In this document: positions 27,744-32,000 of the stretch, piece by piece
Layout: every line of letters starts with the position of its first letter
Numbering within the stretch: the stretch's first letter is position 1
Origin: Trichodesmium erythraeum IMS101
GTDB lineage: Bacteria; Cyanobacteriota; Cyanobacteriia; Cyanobacteriales; Microcoleaceae
Assembly (NCBI RefSeq): GCF_000014265.1
Contig: NC_008312.1
Location: 7,080,001 to 7,112,000 of the forward strand
DNA: 32,000 nucleotides
Direction: 5' to 3'
The notes under the pieces: generated by a model
Told to the model about the DNA's origin: nothing
Database searches by the model: none
What the model saw: only the letters and a program-made list of their open reading frames with translations
Position numbers and translations under genes: made by a program

Positions 27744-30700
27744 ATGGAGAGAAAATATTTAAGGGAAGCTTTAGTAGTTGGAGTTAACCGTTATCCTATG
27801 TTGAAAAATAAAAAAGTAGGAGATTCGAACCTTAAGGCTGCTGCTAAGGATGCTGAAGCTATTGCTAATATGTTGGAAAAATATGGTAAATTTCGAGTTC
27901 AACGTTTGCCAAAAAAATATGATGAGGAAGGTAAAGAAACTTGTGACCATGAGGGAATAGTTAAGGTTGATGATCTTAAAAAAGCAATTATTAATCTATT
28001 TACACCTCCTGGAAAAAATGAAACTCCTGATGTGGCTTTACTGTTTTTTGCCGGGCATGGTTATGTTAATATAGAAGAAGATATTCGAGAGGGTTTTTTG
28101 GCTACTAGTGATGCTAAGTTTGCGAAAAAGCTCTCGAATAATGAAGATATTTTTGGTGTTCCTTTAAGTTGGTTAAAGGATTTATTGCAAAAGAGTCAGG
28201 TTCAAAAACAAATTGTTTGGTTAGATTGTTGTTTTAGTGGTGAATTATTGAATTTTGACGGGGTAGCTAACCTCAATACTCAAGAAAAAAAGGTCAGTCG
28301 CTGTTTTATTACTGCTTCTCGTTCTTTTCAAACTGCTACAGAAAAAATTGATGGAGAACATGGTTTATTTACTGATAATTTGCTGGAATGTTTAAACCCA
28401 GAAAATTATGTTGATGGTTGGGTAGATAATCATGTTTTGACGGAATCTATTCAAGAAAAGATGTCTCAGACATCTCAAGCACCTATGTGTGATAATTCCG
28501 GGGATACAATTATTCTGACTACTAATAGTCTGAATGAACCTCTGGATGAACGTTGGAAAAATGATCCTCCTTATCGGGGTTTATCTTATTTTCGGCAGCA
28601 GGAGAATGATGGGGTATTTTTTCATGGTAGAACTTCGTTAACTGATAAGTTAATTGAGCTAGTAAAAGATAATAATTTTGTGGCGGTTTTGGGGGCTTCC
28701 GGGAGTGGGAAATCTTCTTTGTTACGGGCGGGTTTGTTATATCAATTGAAGCGGGGGCAGAAAATATCGGGAAGTGATAGATGGTTTTATATTGCTCCTT
28801 TTACTCCGGAGGAGTCTCCTCTGAAAAGTCTGCTGAAAAGTCTGGGGAAAAGTCTGGGGGAAATTAAGATTAAGGGGGAAAAAGTTGAAGGTTTAATTCA
28901 GTTTGTTGATCAAACAGAGGCGGAACAAACAGAGGGGAAAAAGGTCGATTTTTTAACTAAGGAATTAATTGAAGAGAAATTAATTGAGTTTATTGATGTG
29001 GTTGAGGCGGAAAGAGTAATTATGGTGATGGACCAATTTGAAGAGTCTTTTACTCTCTGTAAAACTCACGAAGAACGACTGGATTTTTTTGATTGTTTTT
29101 TGGCTGTTTTGGAAAGGCGAGGTGAGAAGTTTTGTGTGGTGTTGGGAATACGGGCTGATTTTCTGGGCCGCTGTTCTGAATATGGAGGGTTGGCCAATAA
29201 AATTCAGGGACATCAATTATTAGTTACTCCTCTGGACGAGGGTGAAATAGAGGAGGTGATCAAAAAACCGGCGAAATTAGTGGGTATGGATGTTGAGCCC
29301 AACTTGGTTGCCAAAATGAGGGAAGATTTTTTGCGTAACCCTGGTAGTTTACCTCTGCTGGAATATACTTTGGATGCTCTGTGGAGTTTTGCGACTCAAG
29401 GGGAGAATAAAAGTCCATATTTAACTCTGGAAAATTATACAAGTTTGGGTGAAATAGAGGGTGCTTTGACGAAGCGAGCTGATGCGGTTTTTGAGAGTTT
29501 GAATGATGAGGAAAAGTCGGTGGCAAAGAGGATATTTTTAGAGTTGGTTCAGCCTGGGGAAGGGAAAATAAGTCCGGGGAAAATAACGGATACTCGGCGG
29601 CGGGTAATTTTGGAAAAGTTGCCTAATGAACGACATAGTTTAGAGCTTTTGTCTGCAGTTAGTGATAGGTTGGCTGACAAAAATAACAGGTTAATGACTA
29701 AGGATAGGTCGGAGGCGGGAATATTATTGGATATTGTTCATGAGGACTTAATTAGAAGTTGGAAAACTTTGAGGAAATGGGTGGAGGAATATCAAGAGGC
29801 TTTGCCGGTGGAAAGAAAAATTGAGGCTGATGCGGCTGACTGGGAAAAAGAGGGGAAAAGTGAGAATTTGTTGTTACGAGCTGGTCGGTTAACTAAGGCG
29901 GAAGAATATCTGGAAAATTATGGTGAAATGGCTTTATTGGATGGGTTGGCTTATGAGTTTATTGAGGCGAGTCGGGAGTTGAAAATTCGTGAGGAAGAAA
30001 AAGAGAAGGAGCGGCAAAGAAAAGAGAAGGAGCGGCAAAGAAAAGTAGAGGAACAAGCAGCAAGAATATTAGGAATGCTTTCTGACTCAATGATCAGACA
30101 AAAGCTATCTTTACTTGATAAAGGTGTATTACTGAGCGTGGAGTCAATGAAGCAATACTTTGATATCAAAAAACGTTATGGAAAAGCTGACTCGGGCCTA
30201 CTTGTTGAACTGGATCAAACTCTACGGAATGGAGTAAGTCAACTACCCAAGCATCTCTATACTCTCAAACACCAGTCCGATGTATATGCAGTAGCCTTTA
30301 GCCCCGACGGCAAAACCATTGCAACTGCAAGTTTAGACAAAACCGCCCGCCTCTGGGATACTGAGAATGGCAATGTATTAGCTACTCTCAACCACCAGTC
30401 CTCGGTAAATGCAGTAGCCTTTAGCCCCGACGGCAAAACCATTGCAACTGCAAGTTATGACAAAACCGCCCGCCTCTGGGATACTGAGAATGGCAAAGAA
30501 TTAGCTACTCTCAACCACCAGGACTGGGTAAATGCAGTAGCCTTTAGCCCCGACGGCAAAACCATTGCTACTGCAAGTTATGACAAAACCGCCCGCCTCT
30601 GGGATACTGAGAATGGCAAAGAATTAGCTACTCTCAACCACCAGTCCTCGGTAATAGCAGTAGCCTTTAGCCCCGACGGCAAAACCATTGCTACTGCAAG

Positions 30701-32000
30701 TTCTGACAAAACCGCCCGCCTCTGGGATACTGAGAATGGCAATGTATTAGCTACTCTCAACCACCAGGACTGGGTAATAGCAGTAGCCTTTAGCCCCGAC
30801 GGCAAAACCATTGCAACTGCAAGTTCTGACAAAACCGCCCGCCTCTGGGATACTGAGAATGGCAAAGTATTAGCTACTCTCAACCACCAGTCCTCGGTAA
30901 ATGCAGTAGCCTTTAGCCCCGACGGCAAAACCATTGCAACTGCAAGTTCTGACAAAACCGCCCGCCTCTGGGATACTGAGAATGGCAAAGTATTAGCTAC
31001 TCTCAACCACCAGTCCTCGGTAAGAGCAGTAGCCTTTAGCCCGGACGGCAAAACCATTGCAACTGCAAGTTATGACAAAACCGCCCGCCTCTGGGATACT
31101 GAGAATGGCAATGTATTAGCTACTCTACTCCACCAGGACTTGGTAATAGCAGTAGCCTTTAGCCCCGACGGCAAAACCATTGCTACTGCTAGCTGGGACA
31201 AAACCGCCCGCCTCTGGGATACTGAGAATGGCAAAGTATTAGCTACTCTCAACCACCAGTCCTCGGTAAGAGCAGTAGCCTTTAGCCCGGACGGCAAAAC
31301 CATTGCAACTGCAAGTTCTGACAAAACCGCCCGCCTCTGGGATACTGAGAATGGCAAAGTATTAGCTACTCTCAACCACCAGTCCTCGGTAAATGCAGTA
31401 GCCTTTAGCCCCGACGGCAAAACCATTGCAACTGCAAGTTCTGACAAAACCGCCCGCCTCTGGGATACTGAGAATGGCAAAGTATTAGCTACTCTCAACC
31501 ACCAGTCCTCGGTAAGAGCAGTAGCCTTTAGCCCGGACGGCAAAACCATTGCAACTGCAAGTTCTGACAAAACCGCCCGCCTCTGGGATACTGAGAATGG
31601 CAAAGTATTAGCTACTCTCAACCACCAGTCCAGGGTATTTGCAGTAGCCTTTAGCCCCGACGGCAAAACCATTGCTACTGCAAGTTCTGACAAAACCGCC
31701 CGCCTCTGGGATACTGAGAATGGCAATGTATTAGCTACTCTCAACCACCAGTTCTGGGTAAATGCAGTAGCCTTTAGCCCCGACGGCAAAACCATTGCAA
31801 CTGCAAGTTCTGACAAAACCGCCCGCCTCTGGGATACTGAGAATGGCAAAGTATTAGCTACTCTCAACCACCAGTCCAGGGTATTTGCAGTAGCCTTTAG
31901 CCCCGACGGCAAAACCATTGCTACTGCAAGTTCTGACAAAACCGCCCGCCTCTGGGATACTGAGAATGGCAAAGAATTAGCTACTCTCAACCACCAGTCC
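27744..32000 (+). CDS. caspase-like (peptidase C14) - STAND P-loop NTPase - WD40 repeat protein, 3' end beyond the window
   Basis: The frame is open from ATG 27744 (in-frame TAA at 27729) to the window end, more than 1418 codons with no stop in my manual translation. The caspase dyad is FFAGHGY (His codon 28056-28058) and WLDCCFSG (Cys codons 28227-28232). The STAND entry motif is DPPYRGLSYF...VFFHGR, with Walker A GASGSGKSS and Walker B VIMVMDQFEE. A charged linker (EKERQRK x2) precedes at least 14 WD40 units from 30255. It is not in the ORF track because it has no stop in the window. Confidence 0.9.
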   Translation, partial: MERKYLREALVVGVNRYPMLKNKKVGDSNLKAAAKDAEAIANMLEKYGKFRVQRLPKKYDEEGKETCDHEGIVKVDDLKKAIINLFTPPGKNETPDVALLFFAGHGYVNIEEDIREGFLATSDAKFAKKLSNNEDIFGVPLSWLKDLLQKSQVQKQIVWLDCCFSGELLNFDGVANLNTQEKKVSRCFITASRSFQTATEKIDGEHGLFTDNLLECLNPENYVDGWVDNHVLTESIQEKMSQTSQAPMCDNSGDTIILTTNSLNEPLDERWKNDPPYRGLSYFRQQENDGVFFHGRTSLTDKLIELVKDNNFVAVLGASGSGKSSLLRAGLLYQLKRGQKISGSDRWFYIAPFTPEESPLKSLLKSLGKSLGEIKIKGEKVEGLIQFVDQTEAEQTEGKKVDFLTKELIEEKLIEFIDVVEAERVIMVMDQFEESFTLCKTHEERLDFFDCFLAVLERRGEKFCVVLGIRADFLGRCSEYGGLANKIQGHQLLVTPLDEGEIEEVIKKPAKLVGMDVEPNLVAKMREDFLRNPGSLPLLEYTLDALWSFATQGENKSPYLTLENYTSLGEIEGALTKRADAVFESLNDEEKSVAKRIFLELVQPGEGKISPGKITDTRRRVILEKLPNERHSLELLSAVSDRLADKNNRLMTKDRSEAGILLDIVHEDLIRSWKTLRKWVEEYQEALPVERKIEADAADWEKEGKSENLLLRAGRLTKAEEYLENYGEMALLDGLAYEFIEASRELKIREEEKEKERQRKEKERQRKVEEQAARILGMLSDSMIRQKLSLLDKGVLLSVESMKQYFDIKKRYGKADSGLLVELDQTLRNGVSQLPKHLYTLKHQSDVYAVAFSPDGKTIATASLDKTARLWDTENGNVLATLNHQSSVNAVAFSPDGKTIATASYDKTARLWDTENGKELATLNHQDWVNAVAFSPDGKTIATASYDKTARLWDTENGKELATLNHQSSVIAVAFSPDGKTIATASSDKTARLWDTENGNVLATLNHQDWVIAVAFSPDGKTIATASSDKTARLWDTENGKVLATLNHQSSVNAVAFSPDGKTIATASSDKTARLWDTENGKVLATLNHQSSVRAVAFSPDGKTIATASYDKTARLWDTENGNVLATLLHQDLVIAVAFSPDGKTIATASWDKTARLWDTENGKVLATLNHQSSVRAVAFSPDGKTIATASSDKTARLWDTENGKVLATLNHQSSVNAVAFSPDGKTIATASSDKTARLWDTENGKVLATLNHQSSVRAVAFSPDGKTIATASSDKTARLWDTENGKVLATLNHQSRVFAVAFSPDGKTIATASSDKTARLWDTENGNVLATLNHQFWVNAVAFSPDGKTIATASSDKTARLWDTENGKVLATLNHQSRVFAVAFSPDGKTIATASSDKTARLWDTENGKELATLNHQS
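30255..32000 (+). repeat. 123-bp (41-codon) tandem array, 14 full units plus a partial one, encoding WD40 blades
   Basis: The exact period of 123 was verified from GCAGTAGCC at 30288, 30411 and 30534. The unit is LATLNHQxxVxAVAFSPDGKTIATASxDKTARLWDTENGxx. The DNA is nearly identical between units. Confidence 0.95.

Noticed and set aside
30257-31990. Three long minus-strand ORFs (61, 159 and 306 aa; MVLPSGLKATA...LRVANTLPFSVSQRRAVLS repeats).
   Set aside because: They are antisense shadows of the 123-bp WD40 array. The periodic sequence simply lacks stops on the opposite strand. The plus-strand frame is contiguous with the caspase/STAND domains and gives a canonical WD40 pattern.
30255-32000. 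Regular tandem repeats that could be mistaken for a CRISPR array.
   Set aside because: The units are contiguous at 123 bp with no unique spacers, are coding in frame, and there are no cas genes.

Overview
This window looks like a chromosomal segment of a low-GC cyanobacterium. The HIP1 palindrome GCGATCGC occurs at least 8 times (2203, 3579, 4583, 6065, 9543, 10260, 13132, 21205). Intergenic space is very AT-rich and there are many gene relics, which is Trichodesmium-like; that assignment is inference only.

Housekeeping genes: rpsU (3' end), deoC, recO, an MFS transporter, hemB, folE, hemC, a GT4 glycosyltransferase, a cytochrome c6-like protein and an MBL-fold hydrolase.

Three themes stand out.

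(1) An apparent metal-starvation (Fur/Zur-type) island lies on the minus strand.
- Three Fur-family operator-like palindromes sit in front of three units: hemB plus a decayed COG0523 GTPase; an intact COG0523 GTPase plus folE; and a three-gene operon of unassigned function.
- That operon encodes an FAD/NAD(P) oxidoreductase, a divergent P-loop GTPase and a metallophosphoesterase whose metal ligands are replaced by Cys.
- Two of the promoters share a 36-bp near-identical core.

(2) A GH31 enzyme of 1025 aa carries a WQDMT nucleophile block instead of WxDMNE. This resembles alpha-1,4-glucan lyases as I recall them. A cupin-like ORF precedes it.

(3) A very large ORF is open at the window edge and therefore absent from the ORF track. 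It encodes caspase-like protease, STAND P-loop ATPase and at least 14 WD40 blades in one polypeptide.
- The WD40 part is a 123-bp tandem array that is nearly identical at the DNA level.
- Almost all amino-acid differences fall at a few codons. These coincide with the predicted top-face contact positions of the propeller.

The window also holds decayed mobile DNA: a TnpB-only IS, an IS5-family relic and an IS701/IS4-like tail. It further contains a ~100-bp MITE-like family (3 copies), several hairpin repeats, and an EgtD-like methyltransferase pseudogene. I recognised no rRNA, tRNA or CRISPR array.
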